A stretch of 52,275 bases of DNA, from NCBI GenBank assembly GCA_022573915.1, contig JACZTA010000001.1:1-52275 (forward strand), written 5' to 3'. The notes under the pieces were generated by a model. That model saw only the letters and a program-made list of their open reading frames with translations, had not been told where the DNA came from and made no database searches. This DNA comes from Bacteroidota bacterium. Lineage in GTDB: Bacteria > Bacteroidota > Bacteroidia > Chitinophagales > JACZTA01. Position numbers and translations under genes: made by a program. Shown here piece after piece: positions 9,432-18,384 of this stretch. Each line of letters starts with the position of its first letter. The stretch's first letter is position 1.

Positions 9432-11111
9432 ATGAACTTTCGTCTTCACATAATAGTGTTGTTATTGGTATGTATTAGCCATAATGCTATGGGGCAAATA
9501 TTCATACCTCTTCCTCAGAGCGACACAATCCCCGGAAACCATACCCTGATGCCGCTAAACAGAAACTTATATAATGCTTGGGATAAAGAACTTAACGAAC
9601 TGGATAATTCTTTTCACACTGGATTCAAGCCATACCTACAGTCAGATGTGAACAAAACAGTGGGTCGCGAATGGGGACTGCTCACCGATCCAACGTTAAA
9701 ACAACGGCTTTTCCAAGGTCATCTGATCACAGTGCAAAAATCCGGTGAATATGCGTTCACTCTCGACCCGGCCATTGACTTTAGTATTGGGAAAGACCTG
9801 AATAATGGACGAGATTTATTTACCAATACACGTGGATTTAGGTTGACTGGCAACATAGGAGAACAATTCTCATTTGCAACGGAGTATTATGAGAATCAAG
9901 CCATCCTTCCGGGTTATATTGACCAGTTTGTCCGGGATAGCTCTGTGGTTCCCGGTCAGGGACGCGCCCGAAGGTTTAAGGATGATGGTTGGGATTATGC
10001 TATGGCCTCGGCCTATATTTCTTACAAACCATCTAAGTACTTCGATTTTCAGTTTGGTCATGGGAAGCATTTCATAGGTGACGGGTATAGGTCGCTCTTA
10101 ATCTCCGACAATGCTTTCAATTACCCTTATCTAAGAATCAATACAACCGTCTGGAAGATAAAATACACCAATCTATGGTCACAATATTTGGATATACGGG
10201 AGCGTACATCGTTCTCAACAGGCTTCCCTAAGAAGTACAGTTCAATTCATTACTTAAGCTATGATATTTCCAGGCGATGGCAGGTTGGGCTCTTTGAAGC
10301 GATTGTCTGGCAGGCAGCGGATTCAGTAGCACAAAGAGGTTTTGAACTACAATATCTTAATCCGGTTATATTTTATCATCCCGTGCAGTTTTCCTTAGGT
10401 TCTCCGGATAACTCACTTATCGGCATGAATGGAAAATACAAATTGTCGAATTACAGTCATTTTTACGGACAACTAGTGATCGATGATTTTAATTTTTCCG
10501 AGTTTAAAAAAGGAAATGGATTTTATCAGCAGAAGTATGGTTTACAATTTGGTTTCAAGAAATACTTTCGTTTGGGGAAAGTTTTTCGTAATTCATTTTT
10601 TCAAACGGAATACAATCAGGTACAACCATACACCTATGCCCATAAAGAGATCATGCAAAACTATGCACACCATAATCAAGCCTTGGCACATCCTTTAGGT
10701 GCTAACTTCAGGGAATCTGTTTCCTATTTGAGCCTTAGGCCTCCCATTAGGCATAAGTCGAGTGGGAATTTTAGAATGTACCACTACAGATTTAAGTTGG
10801 AGCTTAAGTTTATGTACGCAGTTTACGGTGCGGATTCTCTTGGATCTCATTTTGGAAAAAATATTTATATCTCTGATATAAAGATTATCGGATTTCCAAA
10901 AACAGAAGGAGTATCGTTGGGACAAGGTGTTAAAACTAACCTGACGTACAAAGACGTTAGATTGAGCTATTTAATCAATCCTAGAATAAATCTTAACTTT
11001 GAGGTGATTTTCTCAGACAGGATACTTAGTTCTGAATTCGAAACAAAACATTCAAGTTTCATAAGTATTGGTTTAAAAACCAATCTCTCAAATCATTATT
11101 ACGACTTTTAA
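9432..11111 (+). CDS. Predicted outer-membrane beta-barrel protein (possibly Wzi-like or RemB-like)
   Basis: It has a signal peptide (MNFRLHIIVLLLVCISHNAMGQ), Tyr/Gly-rich alternating segments and a C-terminal aromatic residue (..HYYDF). The family assignment is from memory only. Confidence 0.45.
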   Translation: MNFRLHIIVLLLVCISHNAMGQIFIPLPQSDTIPGNHTLMPLNRNLYNAWDKELNELDNSFHTGFKPYLQSDVNKTVGREWGLLTDPTLKQRLFQGHLITVQKSGEYAFTLDPAIDFSIGKDLNNGRDLFTNTRGFRLTGNIGEQFSFATEYYENQAILPGYIDQFVRDSSVVPGQGRARRFKDDGWDYAMASAYISYKPSKYFDFQFGHGKHFIGDGYRSLLISDNAFNYPYLRINTTVWKIKYTNLWSQYLDIRERTSFSTGFPKKYSSIHYLSYDISRRWQVGLFEAIVWQAADSVAQRGFELQYLNPVIFYHPVQFSLGSPDNSLIGMNGKYKLSNYSHFYGQLVIDDFNFSEFKKGNGFYQQKYGLQFGFKKYFRLGKVFRNSFFQTEYNQVQPYTYAHKEIMQNYAHHNQALAHPLGANFRESVSYLSLRPPIRHKSSGNFRMYHYRFKLELKFMYAVYGADSLGSHFGKNIYISDIKIIGFPKTEGVSLGQGVKTNLTYKDVRLSYLINPRINLNFEVIFSDRILSSEFETKHSSFISIGLKTNLSNHYYDF

Positions 11112-11125
11112 GGTTTTAAAATTAC

Positions 11126-12193
11126 ATGGATAACACGATCAAATTTGCAATTATTGGATATGGCAGGATAGGTAAGCGCCATGCTGAAATGGTTAAACAA
11201 AACAAGCAGAGTGAGTTGGTGGCTATCGCCGATATAGATGAATCCTTGGAAGAAGAAGTTAAGGAGAATTTCAGTGTACCATTTTATAATAGCATTGAGG
11301 CTCTTCTTGAAGCATACCCCGATATTGATGTTGTGAACATATGCACTCCAAACGGATTGCATGCGGAACAAGCTCTTATGGCACTTAGCGCGCAGCACCA
11401 TGTGGTTTGTGAGAAACCAATGGCTTTAGCGAAAGCAGATTGTGAGGCGGTTATTTCCAAAGCCTTACATGAATCCAGGCATGTTTTCAGTGTTATGCAA
11501 AATAGATACAGTCCACCGTCGGTGTGGCTCAAGTCTGTGATGGATCAACAATTACTGGGTAGGATCTACCAGGTGCAGGTTAATTGCTATTGGAACAGGG
11601 AAGAGGAATATTATACCGGAAGTACCTGGAAGGGCAGTTTGGAAATGGATGGCGGGCCTCTATACACACAGTTCAGCCATTTCATTGATACCATGTTCTG
11701 GCTCTTTGGAGACATTAAGGATATCAAAGCAAGATTCGGGAAGTTCAAAGAGATCGAGGGAAATGAATTTGAAGACACGGGATTCATCGATTTTGAGTTT
11801 GTGGACGGAGGAGTTGGCTCATTTAGCTATTCAACCATCATTCACGATAAGAACTTTGAAAGTAGCATAACTATAATTGGAGAAAACGGGACTATTAAAG
11901 TTGGTGGCCAATACATGGAGAAGATCGAGTATTGCCATGTAAAAGATTATGAGCAACCGGTACTGCAACCTTCTAATCCTCCGAATAATTATGGTGATTA
12001 TAAAGGGAGTGCCGCCAATCATATGTATGTGATCCAAAATGTGGTGGAAACCATTAACGGTGATTCAAAAGTTACCACCAATGCGTTGGAAGGACTAAAA
12101 GTTGTAGATATAATCGAACGTATGTACGAACAGCGCGACCTTGAGTCACTCCAAACGGCCCTTAAAAATTCTCAATCAGATCTGTTGGTGTAA
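11126..12193 (+). CDS. Gfo/Idh/MocA-family oxidoreductase
   Basis: IKFAIIGYGRIGKRH Rossmann motif and the VVCEKPMA motif. 355 aa. Confidence 0.85.
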   Translation: MDNTIKFAIIGYGRIGKRHAEMVKQNKQSELVAIADIDESLEEEVKENFSVPFYNSIEALLEAYPDIDVVNICTPNGLHAEQALMALSAQHHVVCEKPMALAKADCEAVISKALHESRHVFSVMQNRYSPPSVWLKSVMDQQLLGRIYQVQVNCYWNREEEYYTGSTWKGSLEMDGGPLYTQFSHFIDTMFWLFGDIKDIKARFGKFKEIEGNEFEDTGFIDFEFVDGGVGSFSYSTIIHDKNFESSITIIGENGTIKVGGQYMEKIEYCHVKDYEQPVLQPSNPPNNYGDYKGSAANHMYVIQNVVETINGDSKVTTNALEGLKVVDIIERMYEQRDLESLQTALKNSQSDLLV

Positions 12194-13451
12194 GGGTTTC
12201 GAAGCCCCCATCATGAATGTACTCCAACACCGACTTGTACATCTGCAGATAGTCTTTAAACTTATATTTCGTAAGAAAATTATTGTGGAAAAGCAATGAT
12301 ATAACTGTATTCTCTTTGTTTTTCTCGAGGAAGTCCAGGATGTCAATTGTCGCTTTTTCGGGACGGGTTTTGAGGTAGTAATAAAAAGTTGCGTCCATTA
12401 TGTGCAAGGGAACTTCGAGCAGCTTGAGGGGCTTTTCAGCATCCATATCAAACGGATGGTAAGGTAGCCCATACGAATTTCTGAATCCGTATGTCTGTGC
12501 GAAACCCAAACTACAATCCATTTCAATGTTGGCTTCCTCCATTTTTGCAAAGCTATCGGGGAGATTAATTTTTAAGAAGTGGTTTCTATTGCTCCGGGCA
12601 TCATTCTTCAGGATCTTCAATTCTTCAGAATAAGATGTATCAGATATCGCCTTATGTAATCCAATTTCCAAACCTCGACCCTTGATTAAGCTGACAGCTT
12701 TTTGGATATGCGAGCTATTAAAATTATAATCTGAGTTCCTCATTCCATCCCTGGCCTTACCCCTCACCACCATCCAATAAAAGGTTGATCGTACCTGGTA
12801 CTCGTCTTCCAGTTTGAGGATATCATTAATGTTCAGATTGGTTGGGTTGTGCAGGATCTTATTCATCATTAGCTGAAGCAATAACCCAATATTGAGGCAC
12901 TTGGCTGCATGGTGTGCTTCGAGTTTTGTATTACCGTAGATATTGTCAATATCGTGGGAAAGAAAAAACTTCGATTTGCGCGTAATTTTGCCCGTTTCCG
13001 AACTTAGAAATTTATTTCCTTCGATTATCTTGTCAAAATAACCTGCAACCAAATTTTCTTTGACACAATCAAATTTTTTCTGGTAACTGATTTCGTAGTC
13101 AAAGCGTCCAAATTTATCCTTTGCCTCTGTACCAAGTTCTTGCAAGCAATTGATCATGTAAAAGCAGGTTCCCAGGTAATCAGGTTGCCCGTCACCGGCG
13201 ATGAGTAATGGTTTTTCCTTAAACCAGTCCTCATGCGTATAGTTTTTATCAGAAAGATTCTTGAGGAATATTTCGGAGATCTTGATGTCAGCATTTTCCG
13301 AACCACCTATAATAATGTCCGGGCTTTCATCAATGTACTCACAGTCAAAACCGGCGTACTGTGCAAATGTATCCCAGGTGTATTTAATGATTTGGGAATG
13401 TTCTTTAAGGTCTATTTTGGTTCTGATATTCAAACCCTTGCTGATTGACAA
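12162..13451 (-). CDS. Hypothetical protein with a polysaccharide-deacetylase-like (NodB/CE4-like) central region
   Basis: A 429-aa ORF with FFLSHDIDN (cf. TFDDG), RSTFYWMV and EIGLHKA segments resembling CE4 motifs. Function is tentative. Confidence 0.4.
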   Translation of the reverse strand: MSISKGLNIRTKIDLKEHSQIIKYTWDTFAQYAGFDCEYIDESPDIIIGGSENADIKISEIFLKNLSDKNYTHEDWFKEKPLLIAGDGQPDYLGTCFYMINCLQELGTEAKDKFGRFDYEISYQKKFDCVKENLVAGYFDKIIEGNKFLSSETGKITRKSKFFLSHDIDNIYGNTKLEAHHAAKCLNIGLLLQLMMNKILHNPTNLNINDILKLEDEYQVRSTFYWMVVRGKARDGMRNSDYNFNSSHIQKAVSLIKGRGLEIGLHKAISDTSYSEELKILKNDARSNRNHFLKINLPDSFAKMEEANIEMDCSLGFAQTYGFRNSYGLPYHPFDMDAEKPLKLLEVPLHIMDATFYYYLKTRPEKATIDILDFLEKNKENTVISLLFHNNFLTKYKFKDYLQMYKSVLEYIHDGGFETLTPTDLIENF

Positions 13452-13455
13452 AAAA

Positions 13456-14499
13456 TTATTTATAAAGATCGATCAATGTTTCCCTCACCTTAAGCAGGGG
13501 AGAGTTGGTTTTGCTGATCTGAAAATACGGAGTTTGTACTCCTCCAAACGCCCGAAAATACCTTTCTATGGGCTGGATCATACTTCCTTCAAAATTAAAG
13601 GACCTGGAAACTTGTGCAGCAAATTGTATGGCTTGCCAGAGCAACAAACTGATGGCGCCACTGGTTCTATACTTAGGCAATACACCCCCAACCAGGTAAT
13701 GGCAGGCCTGCGTATCCCAGACAATGAAAATTGCAGCATTGATCCTGAGTTCCTTATCGAACGCGTATAAGAATTTGCCACAATTGTTTTCCACACAATG
13801 CTTTATGATATTAGTTAGATATTGTTTGGAAAAGGGCAACTTCTTCTTTTTCGCTTTATATGCTTTGGTTTGTATATCATAAAACTCTTCTATGCTGATG
13901 TCTTCCGCAACCTTCAGTGACTTTTCGGCTTTCTTTATTTCTCTTCGAACGTTTTCCCTGAAATTAGCAAATATCGTTTCCGGGTTCTTTAGATTTTTTA
14001 GAAGGTAAGTATACCGGGTTGTTTGCTGGAATTTCTGCCAGTGAAATGGAAGCCAGTTCGTGTTTTCATAGTGCAGGTACTGGATATAATAATCGAATTT
14101 CGGTAACCTGGAGATCAATTGCTCATAATTGCTAAGCTCGTATGATAGTTTGTTGGTGTACTTTTGCCCCTTCGGGTATTTCATCCAAACTCCCAGGTAG
14201 GGCGTCATCACAGGCATCGTAATGATCTTGAAACCTGCTTTCTTCTTGTGAACGAATGGCATCGCCGCTACTATGTCTTTCGATTGCTCCACCAGTACAA
14301 CGTCCCAGCCATCCTCACCCACGACCGTATTGAGCCAGTCATGACGCATGAAAAGCGAAATGGATTTCTCACTTGCGCAGAGCTTTTTATATTTTTCCTT
14401 ATTCGTGATTTTCAAAACCTGGGTGTAAAAATAGAACAATGATTGGAATACCGACGAATTCTCAGGCTCATTGTCGGTGGTAGATTTTAAACCTGACAA
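13456..14499 (-). CDS. FemAB-like / GNAT-fold acyl(aminoacyl)transferase
   Basis: 347 aa. The C-terminal HYLVGGVLPKYRTSGAISLLLWQAIQFA...FNFEGS is typical of BioF2-like/FemAB-type acetyltransferase domains seen in glycan loci. Confidence 0.55.
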   Translation of the reverse strand: MSGLKSTTDNEPENSSVFQSLFYFYTQVLKITNKEKYKKLCASEKSISLFMRHDWLNTVVGEDGWDVVLVEQSKDIVAAMPFVHKKKAGFKIITMPVMTPYLGVWMKYPKGQKYTNKLSYELSNYEQLISRLPKFDYYIQYLHYENTNWLPFHWQKFQQTTRYTYLLKNLKNPETIFANFRENVRREIKKAEKSLKVAEDISIEEFYDIQTKAYKAKKKKLPFSKQYLTNIIKHCVENNCGKFLYAFDKELRINAAIFIVWDTQACHYLVGGVLPKYRTSGAISLLLWQAIQFAAQVSRSFNFEGSMIQPIERYFRAFGGVQTPYFQISKTNSPLLKVRETLIDLYK

Positions 14500-14617
14500 T
14501 CTACGGTATTATTGGCTAAACAAACTGTCGGGTCGACTTAGAAAGACGGACCGAAAAAGCATTTATAAATAAACATCAATATTAATGACATTTAAGTTTT
14601 GTTATGCTTCGTATTAA

Positions 14618-16288
14618 TTAATTGACCTTATATAAATGAATTTGCCAATAAGAATTTGGATGCTCAAAAGTTCTTTGTAATTGAATCACTTGTTCATTCT
14701 TCGTGTCGATTTCAGCACTGGAAATGATATATTCTCCTCCCATTTGTTTTAATACTTTAAAGTCAAAATCTAAATTATTTATTTTGGTCGGTCTCGGATT
14801 CAAATAACTCTGGCCTAATTCGGCGCTAAAGGCATAACATCTCGATCCCCAATTGTCAAAATAACTTTTTAGTTTATCATCTTTATCTAACTCATTTGAA
14901 ATTACTTTTCTGAACTGATGTTTATACTCTAAAGGGTAATTGTTAAAATAACCATCCAAAGTATAAAAGCCGTTGTATTGAGCTATTGAGGGATGAATTC
15001 CTATACTTATTACCCTATAGGAATCAATTGGTTTGCTAATAAACTGTTTAATTTCTTCAAAAAGTTCTTCAGCATAGAATTCGTGATATGTCGGTTCATT
15101 TTTTTGTGTACGAATTTCATGGTGACTGAAAACGAATCCTAATTGGAATAAAATTACTCCAACAGCAATCAGTTTTCCAAATTTCCATTTTGTAGAAATT
15201 GAAGTTAAAGATATGCCTAAAAGCAAATACCAAAACATAGGATGTAAAAAATGGAACCGATCCAATTGTATGGGGATAATAACCATGATTTTATCCGTCA
15301 AGGGATCTAAAACCTCCCAGTTGATGAATCCATAGAATACTGATGTTAGCGCAATAAAAATGAATATCGAAGTATACTTTTTATCAATATTTTTGAGAAC
15401 AAACTGCAAAATAAAGACGATTGTTACCGGATAAATTATATACTCATGTAAACTGTGTGCATGGTATTGTCCAAATCTAAAAATGTCGATCGCTTCATTG
15501 TAGCTCTTCGCTAAATTCAGTTCCGGTCTATTCATTTCTACGCGGTGGGAGATAAGAGCAGAATCAGACAAAAATGAATAAAATATAGGGTAATGGCTTA
15601 CGACGTATAAAAGACTAAAAACGCCTATCCCAAGGAACAAAGGAATATTAAACGTCTTGTTTTTATAAATGTCATAACCCAGTATGAGAATCAGTATTCC
15701 AATAAAAAATACTCCCGATAGAATCAATGATGAATAAAAAGGGAATAATATGATAATAAGCCAGCTAATAGGATGTTTTTCTCTATCTCTGATATTAAGG
15801 AATGCGTATAGGGCCAAAGGTAAGCCACAGACGCTAAGGGTGAAGGACCAAAATGGGAGCAGTGCGAATACTAAGGAAACTCCAACAAGAATAAAAGGGT
15901 AAGAATCTTTGGGCTGAATTATTTTCTTTAACAAAGAAAACATTCCAACAAAGGCAATCAAGCACATGATCAACTTATTGAAGATGTAGCCATAAAAAAG
16001 ACCAAATATTTTGAACCAAATCAAACTAATATCGTACGTTCCATACAGATAGTACCGCGGAATTCCATTAAAAATTTGGGGAATATTTTGATCTGGAGAT
16101 GAGAAAAGAACACCGTTATCCAATAGTATTCTCACCCAACTAATGCTAGAATCAAGATTATCATGAATTAAAATGTGAGAATTTTCACCGTGATAAAATA
16201 AAGGTGAAAAATAAATAAGAATAATTAAGAGAGATACCCCAATCAGGAAATTGCGATTGACTATTAAAGATTGAACGGTTTTTCTCAT
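14618..16288 (-). CDS. Large polytopic integral membrane protein (GT-C-like architecture; function unknown)
   Basis: 556 aa. The first ~380 residues contain roughly ten or more hydrophobic helices, followed by a ~170-aa soluble C-terminal domain. It is the first gene of a three-gene minus-strand unit. Confidence 0.6.
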   Translation of the reverse strand: MRKTVQSLIVNRNFLIGVSLLIILIYFSPLFYHGENSHILIHDNLDSSISWVRILLDNGVLFSSPDQNIPQIFNGIPRYYLYGTYDISLIWFKIFGLFYGYIFNKLIMCLIAFVGMFSLLKKIIQPKDSYPFILVGVSLVFALLPFWSFTLSVCGLPLALYAFLNIRDREKHPISWLIIILFPFYSSLILSGVFFIGILILILGYDIYKNKTFNIPLFLGIGVFSLLYVVSHYPIFYSFLSDSALISHRVEMNRPELNLAKSYNEAIDIFRFGQYHAHSLHEYIIYPVTIVFILQFVLKNIDKKYTSIFIFIALTSVFYGFINWEVLDPLTDKIMVIIPIQLDRFHFLHPMFWYLLLGISLTSISTKWKFGKLIAVGVILFQLGFVFSHHEIRTQKNEPTYHEFYAEELFEEIKQFISKPIDSYRVISIGIHPSIAQYNGFYTLDGYFNNYPLEYKHQFRKVISNELDKDDKLKSYFDNWGSRCYAFSAELGQSYLNPRPTKINNLDFDFKVLKQMGGEYIISSAEIDTKNEQVIQLQRTFEHPNSYWQIHLYKVN

Positions 16289-16597
16289 AAATTCCTTTTC
16301 AAATGTTCCCTTAAGTGAATTTAGAACAGGCTTGAAATGAAGTTCTCTGTTCTTTGATTTGAACTTGCAATTGATTTTTTCATGGGTGTAATATTTTGAT
16401 TAAACGCCTGCGCGAAGGTTCCCGATAAACCTGATAGTCCCGATAGTTATTAGGATGGGATGGCTTTGTTTTTTATTAACTGTATTGGATCTACTTATTA
16501 GGTTATCTAAAGAAAACTTGTCAAACTCTTCGGGTAAAATTAGTAAAGTAATCTGGATGTATTAAGCCTTCCGAAGGATGACTCGAAACTTTACCTT

Positions 16598-16708
16598 GGT
16601 TCAAGTCCTCGCACCACGCTGGTTCAAGTCCTCAGACTTAGACCTGTCTCTCAAGTGGGCAAGCAGACTTGGACCTGGCTCTCAGGTGGGCAAGCGGACT
16701 TGGACCTC
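16598..16708. repeat. Direct repeats: GGTTCAAGTCCTC twice (16598, 16621), then a 31-bp unit in 2.4 tandem copies (16635-16708)
   Basis: Read directly: GACTTAGACCTGTCTCTCAAGTGGGCAAGCA / GACTTGGACCTGGCTCTCAGGTGGGCAAGCG / GACTTGGACCTC. Confidence 0.85.
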
Positions 16709-16847
16709 ATATTACTTCAGTTACTAGTTTATAGTCAGCGTACATTAAAAAAAACGCTAAATTTCAAGGTGGAGGGAGGGTAACCTCCTTATTGTCTGTG
16801 AACCTGCTCGCGCGTTTGTAACGTGTGAGGAAATTATGTTTGGAGTT

Positions 16848-17432
16848 CTATTCAATCAGCGACAGCACGGTTCCCGAAGCAAACTCGGCTCCTATGAATC
16901 CTTTTTCAAGCTGAAAATAGAGTATGTCAAATGTGTCAATTTGGTATGAGTGAATATAATACACGTCTTCGAATACATTGTTATTTAGTGTAACGGAATT
17001 CTTGACATCATTGTAATTATAATCATCCATGTCCTGACCATGGTAGTCACAATAATACACGGATAGTAACCAGCCCTTCCACTCAGCATCCAATAAAACC
17101 TGACCTTGTCCCCATACATCAGCCCTAAAATGAAAGGTCATTTTATCTCCCCCTTGTTGGTTTTCAAAGATTAAAATATGGTTCTCTATGCTATAATCAT
17201 CGCACCAGTTTTTCTCCTCATACACGTATGTTTCTTCACTCAGAAATGTATAAATGATGATCTTTCCTGAATTATTTACATAGCTGAACCCTGATTCTTT
17301 TGATTTTTCTATGAACGCATCGGCACAATCTAAGGTAAAATCGCCATTCCCAATTGATCCGTCACAGCGGACACAACTTTCCATTATCAGGATGCACAAT
17401 AGAAAACTTAATACTTGGATTACACTTTTCAT
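16848..17432 (-). CDS. Hypothetical lipoprotein
   Basis: An internal ATG at 17432 gives MKSVIQVLSFLLCILIMESC, a lipoprotein-type signal. No recognisable domain. Confidence 0.55.
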   Translation of the reverse strand: MKSVIQVLSFLLCILIMESCVRCDGSIGNGDFTLDCADAFIEKSKESGFSYVNNSGKIIIYTFLSEETYVYEEKNWCDDYSIENHILIFENQQGGDKMTFHFRADVWGQGQVLLDAEWKGWLLSVYYCDYHGQDMDDYNYNDVKNSVTLNNNVFEDVYYIHSYQIDTFDILYFQLEKGFIGAEFASGTVLSLIE

Positions 17433-17592
17433 GCAGTTGTGTAGTTGGGCGTCTAATATATAGATGAATGGAAGTTCCATAGCGTTGTATTTGACTTGAA
17501 TATTTTACTGTCGGTGTCGACGAAGAGACTCTGCTGAGGGCATGGCTATTACATGATTTATAAGTTTATATGTAATAATTACTTTACAAAAA

Positions 17593-17626
17593 GTAAAATA
17601 AACTTGTCAAAATGTAAAATAAACTT
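17593..17626 (+). promoter_or_regulatory. Perfect 13-bp direct repeat GTAAAATAAACTT, two copies spaced 21 bp; candidate operator
   Basis: Copies at 17593-17605 and 17614-17626, 36-70 nt upstream of the membrane-protein/XRE operon start (17662). Confidence 0.35.
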
Positions 17627-17661
17627 TATATTTATAGCGTTAACTGATAAAATCACACGTT

Positions 17662-18138
17662 ATGAAAACACAATTGTTATTTCCACACAGTTTCAAAAAA
17701 CTTGGCTGGATATTGCTTTTACCTGCTGCAGCTCTGGGAATCCTCCAACTGTTTGACGTCCTCGACACTTCTTTTATGGAGTTTAACATTTTTGCCATAC
17801 ACAGTGATGAGTTTATGGGTGATTCTGGATGGTTTATGGTAATAAAGAATGACCTAAGCGATGAATTGGCAGGAGTGTTTTTTATTATCGGAGGAATTAT
17901 AGTGGCATTCTCAAAAGAAAAAAATGAAGATGAATATATTGCAAAGATCCGGTTGGATTCGCTTTTATGGGCAACCTATCTTAATTACGTGCTTCTGGTT
18001 CTTGCCTTCATTTTTATTTATGGGATAAGCTTTTATATGGTCATGATGTTCAATATGTTCACCATACTCGTATTCTTCATTGTCAGATTCAACCTCATGC
18101 TCTATCGGGCCAAAAGATTGCTTACCAATGAAAAATAA
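17662..18138 (+). CDS. Small integral membrane protein (4 predicted TM helices), partner of the XRE regulator
   Basis: Hydrophobic segments are visible (LGWILLLPAAALGIL, VFFIIGGIIVAF, LNYVLLVLAFIFIYGISFYMVMMF, ILVFFIVRF). Its 3' end overlaps the HTH gene by 11 nt. Confidence 0.6.
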   Translation: MKTQLLFPHSFKKLGWILLLPAAALGILQLFDVLDTSFMEFNIFAIHSDEFMGDSGWFMVIKNDLSDELAGVFFIIGGIIVAFSKEKNEDEYIAKIRLDSLLWATYLNYVLLVLAFIFIYGISFYMVMMFNMFTILVFFIVRFNLMLYRAKRLLTNEK

Positions 18139-18328
18139 CTTAAAAGTAGAAAGAGCAATTAAAAACATCACTCAAGCAGATCTAGCTGGCTTGGTTGGAG
18201 TAAGCAGGCAAAGTATCAACGCCATGGAATTAAATAAATATGTTCCTTCCACGGTACTCTCTCTGAAGATCGCACGAGTTTTTAAGAAACAGGTTGAGGA
18301 GATCTTCTATCTGGACGATAGTGATTAA
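18128..18328 (+). CDS. XRE-family helix-turn-helix transcriptional regulator (66 aa)
   Basis: ITQADLAGLVGVSRQSINAMELNKYVPS is a classic Cro/C1 HTH. I chose the ATG at 18128 rather than the longer track ORF starting at 18080. Confidence 0.85.
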   Translation: MKNNLKVERAIKNITQADLAGLVGVSRQSINAMELNKYVPSTVLSLKIARVFKKQVEEIFYLDDSD

Positions 18329-18384
18329 GTGCGAGCATTGTTGAGATCCTAGTGTACTTTCTTATTGCATAAGATTGTGAATGG

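Noticed and set aside
13261-13770. A 169-aa plus-strand ORF, and similar antisense ORFs elsewhere (e.g. 9013-9384, 26474-26809, 38571-38918, 47623-48045, 48917-49216, 49563-49922).
   Set aside because: Each lies entirely antisense to, or overlaps, a longer ORF with clear family signatures. They show no motifs and are typical shadow ORFs.
16598-16633. Possible tRNA gene, because of the GGTTCAAGTCC T-arm-like sequence.
   Set aside because: No acceptor, D or anticodon arms can be drawn. The flanking stem positions mispair (cttgg / cctcg pairs at only 3 of 5 positions). At most it is a fragment.
18080-18127. The longer 82-aa version of the XRE ORF starting at 18080.
   Set aside because: The extension lies inside the upstream membrane-protein gene and adds a non-HTH Ser/Cys-rich leader. 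The ATG at 18128 gives the canonical ~66-aa protein with an 11-nt overlap.
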